A DNA stretch of 64,000 bases from an uncultured Candidatus Rokubacteria bacterium (GCA_963789955.1 CAWBMV010000001.1:672001-736000); one strand, 5' to 3'. Shown: positions 1 to 10,925, counted from the first letter of the stretch. The notes: generated from the sequence alone by a model not told the origin. Numbers and translations are program-made.

Positions 1-375
1 GGTCTCGACAGCGCACAGGGCCGCACTGTCGGCATCCGCGAGATCCCGGCCGGCCAGATGGGGCTCGATATCGGACCTCGGACCGTCGAACGGTTCACCA
101 AAGCGCTGAGTGACGCGCGCACGATCGTGTGGAACGGCCCGATGGGCGTTTTCGAAAAGCCCGCGTTCGCGGCGGGGACGCTCGCGCTCGGTCGCGCCGT
201 CGCGGGCGCATCGGCATTCACGGTGATCGGAGGCGGCGATACGGTCGCCGCCGTCACGCAAGCTGGCGTCGCCGACCAGATCGGCTATATTTCGACCGCC
301 GGCGGAGCGTTCCTCGAATTCCTCGAGGGCCGCAAGCTGCCGGGTGTCGAGGCGCTGACGGACGCAGGCTCATGA
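1..375 (+). CDS. pgk: Phosphoglycerate kinase, 3' part (truncated by window start)
   Basis: [19 protein letters not shown] and [13 protein letters not shown] motifs; frame open from base 1. Confidence 0.97.
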   Translation, partial: GLDSAQGRTVGIREIPAGQMGLDIGPRTVERFTKALSDARTIVWNGPMGVFEKPAFAAGTLALGRAVAGASAFTVIGGGDTVAAVTQAGVADQIGYISTAGGAFLEFLEGRKLPGVEALTDAGS

Positions 376-1151
376 GAACACGACTCGTCATCGGTAACTG
401 GAAGATGCACGGCACTGTCGCCGAGGCCCGGGTGCTCGCCACCGGCGTGCGAGACGGGCTCAAACGCCCGCGCGGCGTCCAGGTCGCGGTGTGCCCGCCG
501 TTCACCGCGCTGGCCGCGGTGTCCGAGATCCTCGCCGGCTCTCCCATTCAGCTCGGCGCCCAGAACTGTCACCACGAGCCGTCCGGGGCGCACACGGGCG
601 AGATCTCGGTGCCCATGCTGGCCGAGCTCAGCTGCCGCTGGATCCTCGCGGGCCATTCCGAGCGGCGCAAAGAAATGGGGGAGTCGGACGAGCAGATCAA
701 GCTGAAGGTCCGCGCGATCCTGTCCCACGACCTCACCCCGGTCCTCTGCGTCGGCGAGAGCGCCGACGAGCGTCGTCAGGGATTGACCTTCACGACCGTC
801 GAAGGCCAGCTCCGCGCGGGCCTCGCGGGGCTTTCCGGCGAGCAGATCGCCAAGACCGTCCTCGCCTACGAGCCGGTGTGGGCGATCGGGACGGGAGTCA
901 ACGCGACGCCGGGGCAGGCCGCCGAGGTGCACGGCTATCTGCGGGGGCTTGTCTCCGAGCTCGCGTCCAAGGAAATCGCCCAGACCGTGCGCATCCTGTA
1001 TGGTGGCAGCGTGAAGGCCGAGAATGCCGAGACGCTGATGGCCGAGCCCGAGGTCGACGGAGCCCTCGTCGGCGGCGCGAGCCTCAATGCGCAGGGCTTC
1101 ATCGGCATCGTACGGAAGGCCGCGCGACTCAGCACGGCCGCCAAGGAGTGA
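372..1151 (+). CDS. tpiA: Triosephosphate isomerase
   Basis: [38 protein letters not shown] at 372 overlaps pgk stop (ATGA). Confidence 0.97.
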   Translation: MRTRLVIGNWKMHGTVAEARVLATGVRDGLKRPRGVQVAVCPPFTALAAVSEILAGSPIQLGAQNCHHEPSGAHTGEISVPMLAELSCRWILAGHSERRKEMGESDEQIKLKVRAILSHDLTPVLCVGESADERRQGLTFTTVEGQLRAGLAGLSGEQIAKTVLAYEPVWAIGTGVNATPGQAAEVHGYLRGLVSELASKEIAQTVRILYGGSVKAENAETLMAEPEVDGALVGGASLNAQGFIGIVRKAARLSTAAKE

Positions 1152-1155
1152 ACGG

Positions 1156-1530
1156 GTGCACATCGTTCTGACCATCATTCACGTGCTGGCGTGCTTCGGG
1201 ATCATCGGGATCGTCCTGCTGCAGTCCGGCAAGGGCGCCGACATCGGCTCGGCGTTCGGCGGCGCGGGCAGCCAGGCGGTTTTCGGCTCGATGGGCACGC
1301 CCACCTTGCTCGGCAAGATCACGACCGGCATCGCCATCGTCTTCACGCTCACGTCGTTCACGCTCGCGCTGCTGGGCGGCGAGCGTGGAAGCTCGGTCGT
1401 CCGCGAGGCCGCGCCTCCGCCGGCGAGTGCGCCGGCGAATCCGCCCGGGCCCGTGCCGTCGGCGCCGTCCGACCCGACCGTCCCCACGACGCCTACGCCC
1501 CAGTCTCCAGCGCCGGCCCAGCCGCGCTGA
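1156..1530 (+). CDS. secG: Preprotein translocase subunit SecG
   Basis: VLLQSGKGADIGSAFGG motif, two TM segments, follows tpiA; GTG start after AAGGAG. Confidence 0.93.
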   Translation: MHIVLTIIHVLACFGIIGIVLLQSGKGADIGSAFGGAGSQAVFGSMGTPTLLGKITTGIAIVFTLTSFTLALLGGERGSSVVREAAPPPASAPANPPGPVPSAPSDPTVPTTPTPQSPAPAQPR

Positions 1531-1535
1531 CGCAT

Positions 1536-3193
1536 ATGCGTCGCCGCACCGTCCTTCGCCTTCCCGGCCTGCTCCTGCTGATCGCGCTGGCCGGCTGCGG
1601 AGGCGAGGCGGACAACGCCATCGAGGCCGCGGCGGCGCCGGGATCGGGCAAGCCGGCCTACGGCGATACCTACATCGAGGCGCTGCAGGGGAACATCTCC
1701 GGCCTGATCCCGAACGTGCTCACCGACGGGCCGTCGTTCGAGGTCGCGGGGATGATGTACAACGGCCTCGTCAAGTACGACAAGGATCTGAATCTCGTCG
1801 GCGAGCTGGCCGAGTCGTGGCAGTACAGCCGCGACTGCCTCGATCTGACGTTCAAGCTTCGGCGCAACGTGCAGTGGCACGATCACACAGCCGTTCACCG
1901 CCGCCGACGTCGTCTTCACCTACGAGACGATGATCAATCCCAAGACGCCGACCGCGTACGGCGGCGACTTCAAGTCCGTCGAGTCGGTGGACGCGGTGGA
2001 CCCGTACACCGTGCACATCCGCTACAAGCACCCCAACGCCAAGGCGCTCCAGAGCTGGAGCGTCTGGATGCTGCCCAAGCACCTGCTGGAGTCGTACGCC
2101 CGCGAGGGCAAGCTGCGCGAGGCGCCGCAGAACCGGGCCGATCCGGTCGGCACCGGGCCCTATCTGTTCAAGGAGTGGAAGGCGGGCGAAAAGGTCGTCC
2201 TGGTCGCCAATCCGGACTACTTCGACGGCAAGCCGTACATCTCGCGCATCGTCTATCGCATCATCCCGAGCTCGGCGACGACCTTCCTGGAGCTCAAGGC
2301 CAAGGGCGTGGACGGCGCCAAGCTCACCGCGCTCCAGTTCAAGCGGCAGACCGAGTATCCGGCCTTCCGCAAGGCGTACAACAAGTACCAGTACGCGGCG
2401 AACGTCTACGTCTACTTCGGCATGAACCTGCGCGATCCGCGCTTCGCCGACCGGCGCGTGCGGCAGGCGTTCGCCCACGCGATCAACAAGCGCGAGCTGA
2501 TCGAGGGCGTGCGCCTCGGGCTGGCGCGTGAGGCGACCGGCCCGTACAAGCCCGGCACGTGGCAGTACAACCCGAACGTGCATCAGTACCCGTACGACCC
2601 CGCGAAGGCGCGCGCGCTCCTGGCGGAGGCCGGGTGGAACACCAAGAACGGCGACGGCATCCTCGATGAAGAACGGCGCGCCGTTCAAGTTCGACCTCCT
2701 CGTCGCGCAGGGGGGCGAGGAGGGCCGGAAGGTCTCCGAGATCATCCAGGCTTCGCTGAAAGACATCGGCGTCCAGGTCGAGATCCGCGTCATCGAGTGG
2801 GCCGCGCTGCTGAAGGAGTACATCAAGAAGCGGAACTTCGAGACGGTCATTCTGGCCTGGGGAATCACGCCCGACCCGGATCAGTACGACATCTGGCACT
2901 CGTCCAAGACCGCGCCCGACGAGCTGAACCGCATCGGCTACGCGAACCCCGAGGTGGACGAGCTGCTCGAGAAGGGGCGGAGCACGTGTGTCGAGGCCGA
3001 CCGCAAGAAGTACTACGATCGGCTGCAAGAAGTCCTGGCCGAGGACCAGCCGATCGTGTTCCTCTACTTCCGCGACGGGCTCCCGGTCGTCGCCTCCAGG
3101 ATTCGGGGTATCGTGCCGTCGCCGATCGGGATCAACTACAACTTCAACGAGTGGTTCGTCCCGCTGAATCTGCATCGTTATACGGCCGGCTAG
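1536..3193 (+). CDS. Peptide/nickel ABC transporter substrate-binding lipoprotein (family 5), two frameshifts (~1888, ~2667)
   Basis: Lipobox LAGC, GTGPY, NPDYF, VRQAFAHAINK, YDPAKARALLAEAGW spread over three consecutive frames. Confidence 0.9.
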
Positions 3194-3224
3194 ATTCGGC
3201 TCCGCCGCGTTAGAATAGCGCGCC

Positions 3225-4220
3225 ATGTTCGGCTACGCGCTGCGGCGGCTCGTCCTCGCGATCCCCCTCCTCATCGGCATCACCTTCGTCTCGTTCCTCG
3301 TCATCCACCTGGCGCCCGGCGAGCCGGTCGAGAACGCAGGCGGGGAGAGCAGCACGCAGTCCGACGCGAAGCTCCGGGAGCGGCTGCGCGAGATCTACGG
3401 GCTCGACAAGCCCTTGCACGTCCAGTACTGGAACTGGGTGACGCGGCTGGCGCGGCTCGACTTCGGGCGGTCGTTCTCGCCGGACGCGCGGCCGGTGCTC
3501 CAGAAGATCGGCGAGCGACTGCCGATCACGCTCCTGCTCAACATCGTCGAGCTGATGATCATCGTCATGCTCGCGATCCCGATCGGCGTGCTGTCGGCGA
3601 CACGCCAGTACTCTACCTTCGACAAGATCACGACGGTCTTCGTGTTCGTGGGCTTCGCCACGCCCGATTTCTGGCTGGCGCTCATGCTCATGATCGTCTT
3701 CGGCGTCCAGCTCGGCTGGCTGCCGATCTCGGGCCTGCGGTCGCCGACCTGGGAGTACCTCGCCTTCTGGCGACAGCAGTGGGACTTCGTCGGCCACCTC
3801 GTGCTGCCGATCCTGGTCGCCACGTTCGGCGGGCTCGCCGGCTTCTCGCGTTACATGCGCCAGTCGATGCTCGAGGTGGTCCGGCAGGACTACATCCAGT
3901 CGGCGCGGGCCAAGGGGCTCTCGGAGCGCGTGGTCATCGGCAAGCACGCGCTCCGCAACGCGCTGCTGCCGATCGTCACGGTCCTCGGGCTCTCGCTGCC
4001 CGGCCTCATCGGCGGCAGCGTGATCGTGGAGTCGATCTTCGCCATTCCCGGCATGGGACAGCTCATGGTCCAGGCGGTCTTCGAGCGCGACTACCCGGTG
4101 ATCATGGGTAACCTCGTCATCGTCGCGACCCTCACCCTGGTCGCCAACCTGATCGCCGATCTCACGTACAGCCTGGTCGACCCACGCATCCGAGTGGCCG
4201 CGCGCCGAGGCCGCCGGTGA
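3225..4220 (+). CDS. Peptide ABC transporter permease (OppB/DppB family)
   Basis: QDYIQSARAKGL (EAA loop), KHALRNALLP, LVDPRI. Confidence 0.93.
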   Translation: MFGYALRRLVLAIPLLIGITFVSFLVIHLAPGEPVENAGGESSTQSDAKLRERLREIYGLDKPLHVQYWNWVTRLARLDFGRSFSPDARPVLQKIGERLPITLLLNIVELMIIVMLAIPIGVLSATRQYSTFDKITTVFVFVGFATPDFWLALMLMIVFGVQLGWLPISGLRSPTWEYLAFWRQQWDFVGHLVLPILVATFGGLAGFSRYMRQSMLEVVRQDYIQSARAKGLSERVVIGKHALRNALLPIVTVLGLSLPGLIGGSVIVESIFAIPGMGQLMVQAVFERDYPVIMGNLVIVATLTLVANLIADLTYSLVDPRIRVAARRGRR

Positions 4221-4224
4221 GCGC

Positions 4225-5085
4225 GTGAGGGGCTTCTGGCGGGCGTTTCGCAGAAACAAGCTCGCGCTGATCGGCGGGGTCGTCGTCGTCATTCTCGTGG
4301 CGCTCGCGCTGTTGGCGCCTGGCATCGCGCCGTGGGACCCGAACCGACCCGACGTGCGGAAGATCCTCGACGCGCCCTCGAAAGCCCACCCGCTCGGGAC
4401 CGATCAGCTCGGGCGCGACGTGCTCTCGCGCATGCTCTACGGCGCGCGCGTCTCGCTGGCGGTCGGCTTCGTGTCCGTCGGCATCGCCACGATGATCGGC
4501 ATCGCGCTCGGCGCGGCGGCGGGCTACCACGGCGGCACCATCGACGCGCTGGTGATGCGGCTCGTGGACCTCATGCTGGTCTTCCCGCGACTGTTTCTCC
4601 TCCTCGCGGTGCTGGCCTTCCTGCGTCCGTCGATCTGGACGATCATGGCGGTGATCGGTCTCACCGGCTGGATGAGCGTCGCTCGCCTCGTCCGCGCCGA
4701 GTTCCTGTCGCTGAAAGAGCGCGAGTTCGTGCTGTGGTCTCAATCGATCGGCGCGAGCTCGTTTCGCACGATCTGGCGCCACATCTTGCCGAACGCGATC
4801 GGGCCGGTGCTCGTGGCGATGACGCTCGGCATCCCCGCCGCGATCCTCACCGAGTCGGGACTGTCCTTCCTCGGCCTCGGCGTCCAGCCGCCGCACGCGA
4901 CCTGGGGCAACATCCTGAACGAGGGCAAGGACGCGATCGAGATCGGCTGGTGGCTGTCGGCCTATCCGGGCCTCGCGATCCTCGTCACGGTGCTCTCGTA
5001 CAACCTCCTCGGCGAGGGGATTCGCGACGCGCTCGACCCGCGGCTTCGCCAGAGCGTCGCGCGAATTGTCAGTCGCTCGCGATAG
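4225..5085 (+). CDS. Peptide ABC transporter permease (OppC/DppC family)
   Basis: [38 protein letters not shown]. Confidence 0.93.
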   Translation: MRGFWRAFRRNKLALIGGVVVVILVALALLAPGIAPWDPNRPDVRKILDAPSKAHPLGTDQLGRDVLSRMLYGARVSLAVGFVSVGIATMIGIALGAAAGYHGGTIDALVMRLVDLMLVFPRLFLLLAVLAFLRPSIWTIMAVIGLTGWMSVARLVRAEFLSLKEREFVLWSQSIGASSFRTIWRHILPNAIGPVLVAMTLGIPAAILTESGLSFLGLGVQPPHATWGNILNEGKDAIEIGWWLSAYPGLAILVTVLSYNLLGEGIRDALDPRLRQSVARIVSRSR

Positions 5086-5109
5086 CGCTATACTTCGGCC
5101 TCGCACCTC

Positions 5110-5194
<85 letters not shown>

Positions 5195-5417
5195 AATCCT
5201 CTCGCGAATCGTCGTCCTCTGTCCGAGTGCTCGCTGAGGGGCGATCGTCCCGCGATTTCCTTCCCGCTCGCGAACCGCCGTCGCTCGTCGGCTTCGCACT
5301 CGCGTGGCGCTGCCGTTCCCAGGCCGTCGTGATCGCGCGCATCCACGTGCAACTTACCCGGATGGCGCGAGCCGCGGTCGCCATTAGAATGGACGCTCGA
5401 TGCGACCGGCGCACGTG

Positions 5418-5779
5418 ATGCGGCGGACATTTCTCGCGGCGGTCGTTCTCGCCGGAGCGATGGCCGGCTGCGGCGTGGGCCAGGGCGGCGTCCTGGACTT
5501 GTCGTGGACGGCCCCGGCGGCGAATGCGGACGGCAGCCCGACGGCCGACATCGCGTTCTATCGTGTCTACTACGGCACCGCGCCGAACCCGTGTCCCGGC
5601 GGAACCTACGTCACGGTCCCGTCACCACCGGGAAGCTCCGGCCAAACCGTGACGACGCGGCTGACCAGGCTCAGCGTGGGCGAGGTCTACTACGTGGCGG
5701 TCACCGCGGTCAGCTCGAGCGGCGCCCAGAGCGAGTGCTCGGCGGCAGCGTCAGCAACCGGGCCCGCAAGCCGGACTAG
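5418..5779 (+). CDS. Small fibronectin type III domain lipoprotein (probable frameshift ~5757)
   Basis: Signal peptide ending MAGC; LSWTAP...YRVYYG...YYVAVTAV FN3 pattern; nearby TAG at 5777-5779 in shifted frame. Confidence 0.7.
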
Positions 5780-5822
5780 CAGCGGACAGCTCGAGGCGCG
5801 ACTCGACCCAGGTCAGGCTCGG

Positions 5823-6486
5823 CTACGACGCCGGCGCCTGGCCCTTCGACAGTCGTACCAGGAACTTCGTGAGGTCGCGTGCGATGTCGTCGAGGGCGTT
5901 ACGGATGTGGTTCTCGGAGACACCGCCCCATACTCCCATGGTTGCCTGGCGGCGATCGGCCGTCACGATGACGACCTGGCCCGACTGCAGGTCGGCGATG
6001 TGCGTCTCGGCCTGGACCCTCGCCGCGCCGCCGCCGTACACCCCGAATATCGCCCGCAAGGTCTGAGAGCCCTCGTCCAGGCGCGTGATCTCGCCGTCGA
6101 GCTTCAGCACCTTGCCCTCGTCGGGCCGGTATTCGGTCTCGCTCAGATTCACCACGCGGTCGAACAGGGCGCTCTCGCGCAGACGCCGGACCATCTCCGC
6201 TTGCAGGAAGGTGGACATCCCGTCCGCGAGCCGGCGGTCGTCATCCCCTTTGATGCTGGGATCGACGACTGGGAACTTCGCGACCGCCGCCACCCGGTAG
6301 CCGTCCAGGTGGAAGCCTCGAGCGACTCCGACGCGCCCGGCGTCGCGGTCGCTCTGGCTCGGCTTGAGCCCTCCGGCGCCGACGCTGTCGTCGGGGCTCA
6401 CTCGATAGGGGCCGTAGCAGCCGAGTCCGAGGACCGCGATGGCGAGGACGGCGAGCCCGACGAGTCGATCACGACGGAAACCCCAT
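5823..6486 (-). CDS. DUF4410-like lipoprotein
   Basis: GEITRLDEGSQTLRAIFGVYGGG pattern; frame extends upstream to FRRDRLVGLAVLAIAVLGLGC (lipobox), with ATG 6486 one homopolymer base out of frame. Confidence 0.7.
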
Positions 6487-6647
6487 ACGTGCTTTCAGCC
6501 CGAGGAGTCCGAGGGCCGGTCGTCGGGGATTATACGTCGGGACCGAACGTCCGCGAAGCTGTCGAGCCCGGAGCCTCGGTCCCACAGGGTCTGGACAAAG
6601 GTCCATATGGCATAATGGCCCGGTTGGAACGAACTGAACGGCTGCTC

Positions 6648-7557
6648 ATGGCGCAATCACTTCCGGTGATCCAGCCCGACAGTCATCCGCTCCTGAGTCG
6701 AAAGCCGGCGTGGCTCAAGGTGCGGGCGCCCGGCGGGCCGAATTACATGCGGCTCAAGAGCCGTCTGCGCGAGTGGAATCTCCACACGGTCTGCGAGGAA
6801 GCGCACTGCCCGAACATCGGCGAGTGCTGGGAAGAAGCGACGGCGACCTTCATGATCCTGGGTGACGTCTGCACCCGGAACTGCGGCTACTGCGCCATCG
6901 CTCACGGCAAGCCCGTCTGGGAGGATCGCGAGGAGCCCGAGCGTATCGGCCGAGCGGTCGGCGATCTGAGCCTCGACTACGTCGTGATCACGTCGGTGAA
7001 CCGCGACGACCTGGCCGACGGGGGCGCCGCCCACTGGGCGGCCACGGTTCGCGCCGTCCGGCTGCACGCTCCGCGGTGTCGGGTCGAGGTGCTGATTCCC
7101 GATTTCCAGGGCAACACCGCGTCGCTCGAGACGGTCATCGCGGCCGGGCCGGACATCTTGAACCACAACACCGAGACGGTGCCGCGGCTCTACAAGGTCG
7201 CCCGGCACGGCGGGCGCTACGAGCGGACGCTCGGGCTGTTCCGCCATGCCCGCGCGGTGGCCCCGACCGTGCCGCGGAAGTCCGGGATCATCCTGGGTCT
7301 CGGCGAGACGCGGGACGAGCTCGTGGCCACGATGCACGACCTGCGCGAGGTCGGCGTCGCGATCCTGACCTTGGGCCAGTACCTGCGGCCCTCGCCGCAC
7401 CATCTGCCGGTCGAGAAGTACTACCATCCGGACGAGTTCGCCGAGCTGGCCGGGGTCGGTCGCGAGCTCGGCTTCAGCCACGTCGAGTCGGGCCCGCTCG
7501 TCCGCAGCTCCTATCACGCCAAGACGCCAAGCGGATGCCGGGGGCACAAGTGTTTGA
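6648..7557 (+). CDS. lipA: Lipoyl synthase
   Basis: KPAWLK, CEEAHCPNIGEC, CTRNCGYC, RSSYHA; end inferred at TGA 7555-7557 after a 1-nt shift (7604 if read without shift). Confidence 0.95.
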
Positions 7558-7642
7558 CGTGCGCCACCGGGCTGAACGGGCGTGTCGGAGCCGGGTCACC
7601 GTGAACCAGAGCCGAACGACGCAACCGAAAAGATCGGACGTG

Positions 7643-7713
7643 CGGAGCTTCGCCGCGCCTATCTCAGGCCACCCTCGGTCGGAGCCGGCCTCGAGGCACC
7701 CGCTACAATGACC
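7643..7713 (+). repeat. Dispersed 66-bp palindromic element, copy upstream of nuoA
   Basis: 7643-7708 is 53/66 identical (ungapped) to 38497-38562; both continue TGACC. Confidence 0.88.
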
Positions 7714-8058
7714 TACGCGCCGATGCTCATGGTCTTCGCGATCTCGGCGCTCGTGGCCGCAGCGCTCGTGCTGCTGCCGAGCCTGATCGCGCCGCGGCGA
7801 CTCACGCCGGTGAAGGCCGAGCCGTTCGAGTGCGGCAAGGATCCGATCGAGGTCGCCGAAGGTAAGTTCGCGATCAAGTTCTCGACGGTCGCGATCTTCT
7901 TCATCCTCATCGACATCGAGCTCCTGTTCATCTGGCCGTGGGCCATGCTCTCCCGGCAGCTCGGCTGGTTCGGCTTCGTCGAGATGCTCGTGTTCCTGGG
8001 CATCCTGATGCTCGGGTTCGCGTACATCTGGCGCAAAGGAGGCCTCGAATGGGAGTAG
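7708..8058 (+). CDS. nuoA: NADH-quinone oxidoreductase subunit A
   Basis: [29 protein letters not shown]. Confidence 0.95.
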   Translation: MTYAPMLMVFAISALVAAALVLLPSLIAPRRLTPVKAEPFECGKDPIEVAEGKFAIKFSTVAIFFILIDIELLFIWPWAMLSRQLGWFGFVEMLVFLGILMLGFAYIWRKGGLEWE

Positions 8059-8507
8059 GCGGCTTCTTCACGAGCAAGCTCGACGAGGCCATCGGCTGGG
8101 CCCGGAAGTATTCCATCTTCCAGTACCCGTTCGTGACGGCGTGCTGCGGGATGGAGTACATGGCGACGGCGTGCTCGCACTACGACATCGACCGCTTCGG
8201 CGCCGGGCTGCCGCGGTTCTCGCCGCGCCAGGCCGACGTCCTGTTCGTCGTGGGGACGATCAGCCACAAGATGGCGCCCGTCCTCAAGCGCATCTACGAT
8301 CAGATGACCGAGCCGAAGTGGGTGGTCGCCTTCGGCGTGTGCACGTGCACCGGCGGCTTCTACGACAACTACGCCACGGTGCAGGGGATCGACACGATCA
8401 TTCCGGTCGACATCTACATCCCGGGCTGTCCGCCTCGCCCCGAATCCGTCATCGACGGGCTCATGAAGCTCCAGGACAAGATCGCCACGCAGGCGCAGAG
8501 GTACTGA
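8049..8507 (+). CDS. nuoB: NADH-quinone oxidoreductase subunit B
   Basis: [22 protein letters not shown]. Confidence 0.96.
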   Translation: MGVGGFFTSKLDEAIGWARKYSIFQYPFVTACCGMEYMATACSHYDIDRFGAGLPRFSPRQADVLFVVGTISHKMAPVLKRIYDQMTEPKWVVAFGVCTCTGGFYDNYATVQGIDTIIPVDIYIPGCPPRPESVIDGLMKLQDKIATQAQRY

Positions 8508-8511
8508 GCGC

Positions 8512-9000
8512 GTGGCGATTCTCGACGAGCTCCGGCGGCGGTTCGGCGGCGCCATCGTCGAGACGGACGACCATCGAGGAGATCTGACGGCGGTCGTCGC
8601 GCGTGACGCCCTGCTGGGCGTGCTGGCGCACTGCCGGGACGACGCGGCGCTGGCGTTCGACGTGCTCATGGACCTCACCGCGGTCGACTACCAGAAGTTT
8701 CCGGGCCGCGAAGACGGCCCCCGATTCGAGGTCGTCTACCATCTCTACTCGATCGCGCGGAATCACCGGCTGCGGCTGAAGGTACGCGTGGACGAGGACG
8801 ACGCCAAGGTGCCGACCGCGGTGACCATCTGGCCGATCGCGAACTGGCTCGAGCGCGAGGTGTGGGACATGTTCGGCATCCGCTTCGACGGGCATCCGGA
8901 TCCCCGGCGCCTGCTCATGTACGAGGAGTTCGTCGGGCATCCGTTGCGGAAGGACTATCCGATCAATCGGCGCCAGCCGCTGATCGGACCGGCGACCTAG
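8512..9000 (+). CDS. nuoC: NADH-quinone oxidoreductase subunit C
   Basis: WLEREVWDMFGI, GHPLRKDYP. Confidence 0.96.
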   Translation: MAILDELRRRFGGAIVETDDHRGDLTAVVARDALLGVLAHCRDDAALAFDVLMDLTAVDYQKFPGREDGPRFEVVYHLYSIARNHRLRLKVRVDEDDAKVPTAVTIWPIANWLEREVWDMFGIRFDGHPDPRRLLMYEEFVGHPLRKDYPINRRQPLIGPAT

Positions 9001-9006
9001 AAGACG

Positions 9007-10380
9007 ATGGCCAGGACGACGCGGCGCGAGTTCATGCTCGGCGAGGGCAGCGGCACCGGCGGCGGCCCGCAGAACCTGCACGTCGGGGTCGGGCCGGCTC
9101 ATCCGGCGATGCACGGGATCATCCGGATCGTCACCGAGCTCGACGGCGAGACGATCGTCAAGGCCGACGTCGAGATCGGCTATCTGCACCGCGCGTTCGA
9201 GAAGGACTGCGAGCAGGGGGGCTGGAACAACGCGATCCCGTACACCGACCGGCTCAACTATGTCTCGCCGCTCATCAACAACTTCGGGTACGCGTCGGCC
9301 GTCGAGAAGCTCCTCGACATCGACGTGACCGAGCGGTGCAAGTACATCCGCGTGATCATGTCGGAGATCTCGCGGATCTGCGACCACCTCACGTGCGTCG
9401 GCGCCTCGGCCATGGAGCTCGGAGCCTTCACCGTCTTCCTCTACATGATCAAGGCGCGCGAGTTCCTGTGGGAGCTGGTCGAGGACGTGACCGGCGCCCG
9501 GCTGACGATCTCGTACGGCCGGGTGGGCGGCGTCAAGGCCGACCTGCCCGACGGGTTCGCCGAGAAGACCTTGCACGCCTTCAAGCAGACGCGCGAGGTG
9601 CTCGACGAGGTGCATCGCCTGCTGACCGGCAACCGCATCTTCATGGACCGCATGATCGGCGTCGGCGTGCTCTCGCGCGAAGAGACCATCGGCTACGCGA
9701 TCACGGGCCCGCTCCTGCGGGCCGCCGGCGTGCCGTTCGACGTCCGCCGCGCCCAGCCCTACTACGTCTACGACCGTCTGGAGTTCGAGATCCCCACGCA
9801 GAAGGACGGCGACAACTACTCGCGCTATCTCGTGCGCATGGCCGAGATGGAGCAGTCGATGCGCATCGTCGAGCAGGCGCTGGCCTCGATCCCGAGCGGC
9901 CCGATCAACGTGGACTTCGAAGGGCGCCCCATCGATCCCGCGGCGTACGTCGACCGCGGCAAGCAGGGCAAGACCGAGGGGCTGCTCCTGGTGCCGATCA
10001 CGCTCTCGCCGAATCTCCAGGGCCAGCAGCGGGCGGAATTCAGCCGCGTCAACGTCGCCGACAAGCGCGTCGTGCTCCCGCCGAAGGAGACCGCGTACGG
10101 CTCGATCGAGGGCCTGATGAACCACTTCATGCTGATCATGGAGGGCTTCGGTATCCGGCCGCCGGCGGGCGAGGCGTATTTCCCGGTCGAGGGCGCGAAC
10201 GGCGAGCTCGGATTCTACGTCGTCTCCGACGGGTCGGACCGGCCCTATCGAGTCCGGTGCCGCCCGCCCTGCCTGCCGCCGCTCGCGGCGCTCCATCGCA
10301 TGATCGTCGGCGAGATGGTGGCCGACCTGATCCCGACGTTCGGCTCGGTCAACATGATCGGCGGGGAGCTCGATCGATGA
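9007..10380 (+). CDS. nuoD: NADH-quinone oxidoreductase subunit D (with internal insertion)
   Basis: GPAHPAMHG, GYLHR, DRLNY, GELGFY, terminal GELDR. Confidence 0.96.
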   Translation: MARTTRREFMLGEGSGTGGGPQNLHVGVGPAHPAMHGIIRIVTELDGETIVKADVEIGYLHRAFEKDCEQGGWNNAIPYTDRLNYVSPLINNFGYASAVEKLLDIDVTERCKYIRVIMSEISRICDHLTCVGASAMELGAFTVFLYMIKAREFLWELVEDVTGARLTISYGRVGGVKADLPDGFAEKTLHAFKQTREVLDEVHRLLTGNRIFMDRMIGVGVLSREETIGYAITGPLLRAAGVPFDVRRAQPYYVYDRLEFEIPTQKDGDNYSRYLVRMAEMEQSMRIVEQALASIPSGPINVDFEGRPIDPAAYVDRGKQGKTEGLLLVPITLSPNLQGQQRAEFSRVNVADKRVVLPPKETAYGSIEGLMNHFMLIMEGFGIRPPAGEAYFPVEGANGELGFYVVSDGSDRPYRVRCRPPCLPPLAALHRMIVGEMVADLIPTFGSVNMIGGELDR

Positions 10381-10925
10381 GCCAGGCGAGCCGCGACGCC
10401 TCGAGCATCTCGGCCGGACACCTGCGGACAGCCGGCCTCTCGGACCCGGCGACAGCAATCGCGTTCTCCGAGGCCCAGCTCGGCGAGGTCCGCCGGCTGC
10501 AGTCGCTCTATCCCGATGCGCGCGGCGCGCTCCTGCCCGTGCTCCACATGGCGCAGGAGACCTTCGGCTACATCTCGCTCGAGGCCGAGGAGTACGTCGC
10601 CGCGCTCTTCAATCTCTCGCCGGCCCACGTCCACGAGGTCGTCACCTTCTACACGCTCTACTTCCGCGAGCGGCCGGGTCGCCACGTCGTCGCGGTGTGC
10701 CACAACCTGTCCTGCCATCTCGCCGGCGCGCCGGGCATCATCGCCCACATGAAGCGCAAGCTCGGGATCGATCCCGGCGAGACCACCGAGGACGGTCGCG
10801 TGACGTTCCTCACGGTCGAGTGCCTCTGCGCCTGCGAGGCCGCGCCGATGGCCCAGGTGGACGACCGGTACGAGCTGAACCTCACACCGGAGAAGATCGA
10901 CCGCCTCCTCGAGGGGCTTCGCTGA
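10377..10925 (+). CDS. nuoE: NADH-quinone oxidoreductase subunit E
   Basis: VVTFYTLY, CHNLSC and ECLCAC 2Fe-2S motifs; ATG overlaps nuoD stop. Confidence 0.93.
   Translation: MSQASRDASSISAGHLRTAGLSDPATAIAFSEAQLGEVRRLQSLYPDARGALLPVLHMAQETFGYISLEAEEYVAALFNLSPAHVHEVVTFYTLYFRERPGRHVVAVCHNLSCHLAGAPGIIAHMKRKLGIDPGETTEDGRVTFLTVECLCACEAAPMAQVDDRYELNLTPEKIDRLLEGLR
10407..10454 (+). repeat. Diverged copy of the 66-bp element inside the 5' end of nuoE
   Basis: AGCCGGCCTCTCGGACCCGGCGACA vs AGCCGGCCTCACGGACCCCGCTACA (22/25); upstream TCTC-GGCC retained. Confidence 0.7.

Noticed and set aside
5400..7604. 734-aa ORF suggesting an FN3 lipoprotein-LipA fusion
   Set aside because: The middle is the antisense shadow of the minus-strand DUF4410-like gene; a probable indel near 5757 bypasses the FN3 stop, and LipA has its own start at 6648.
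9007..10380. Group 4 [NiFe]-hydrogenase large subunit
   Set aside because: Lacks both CxxC nickel-binding motifs; has complex I quinone-site residues and NuoEFG neighbours.
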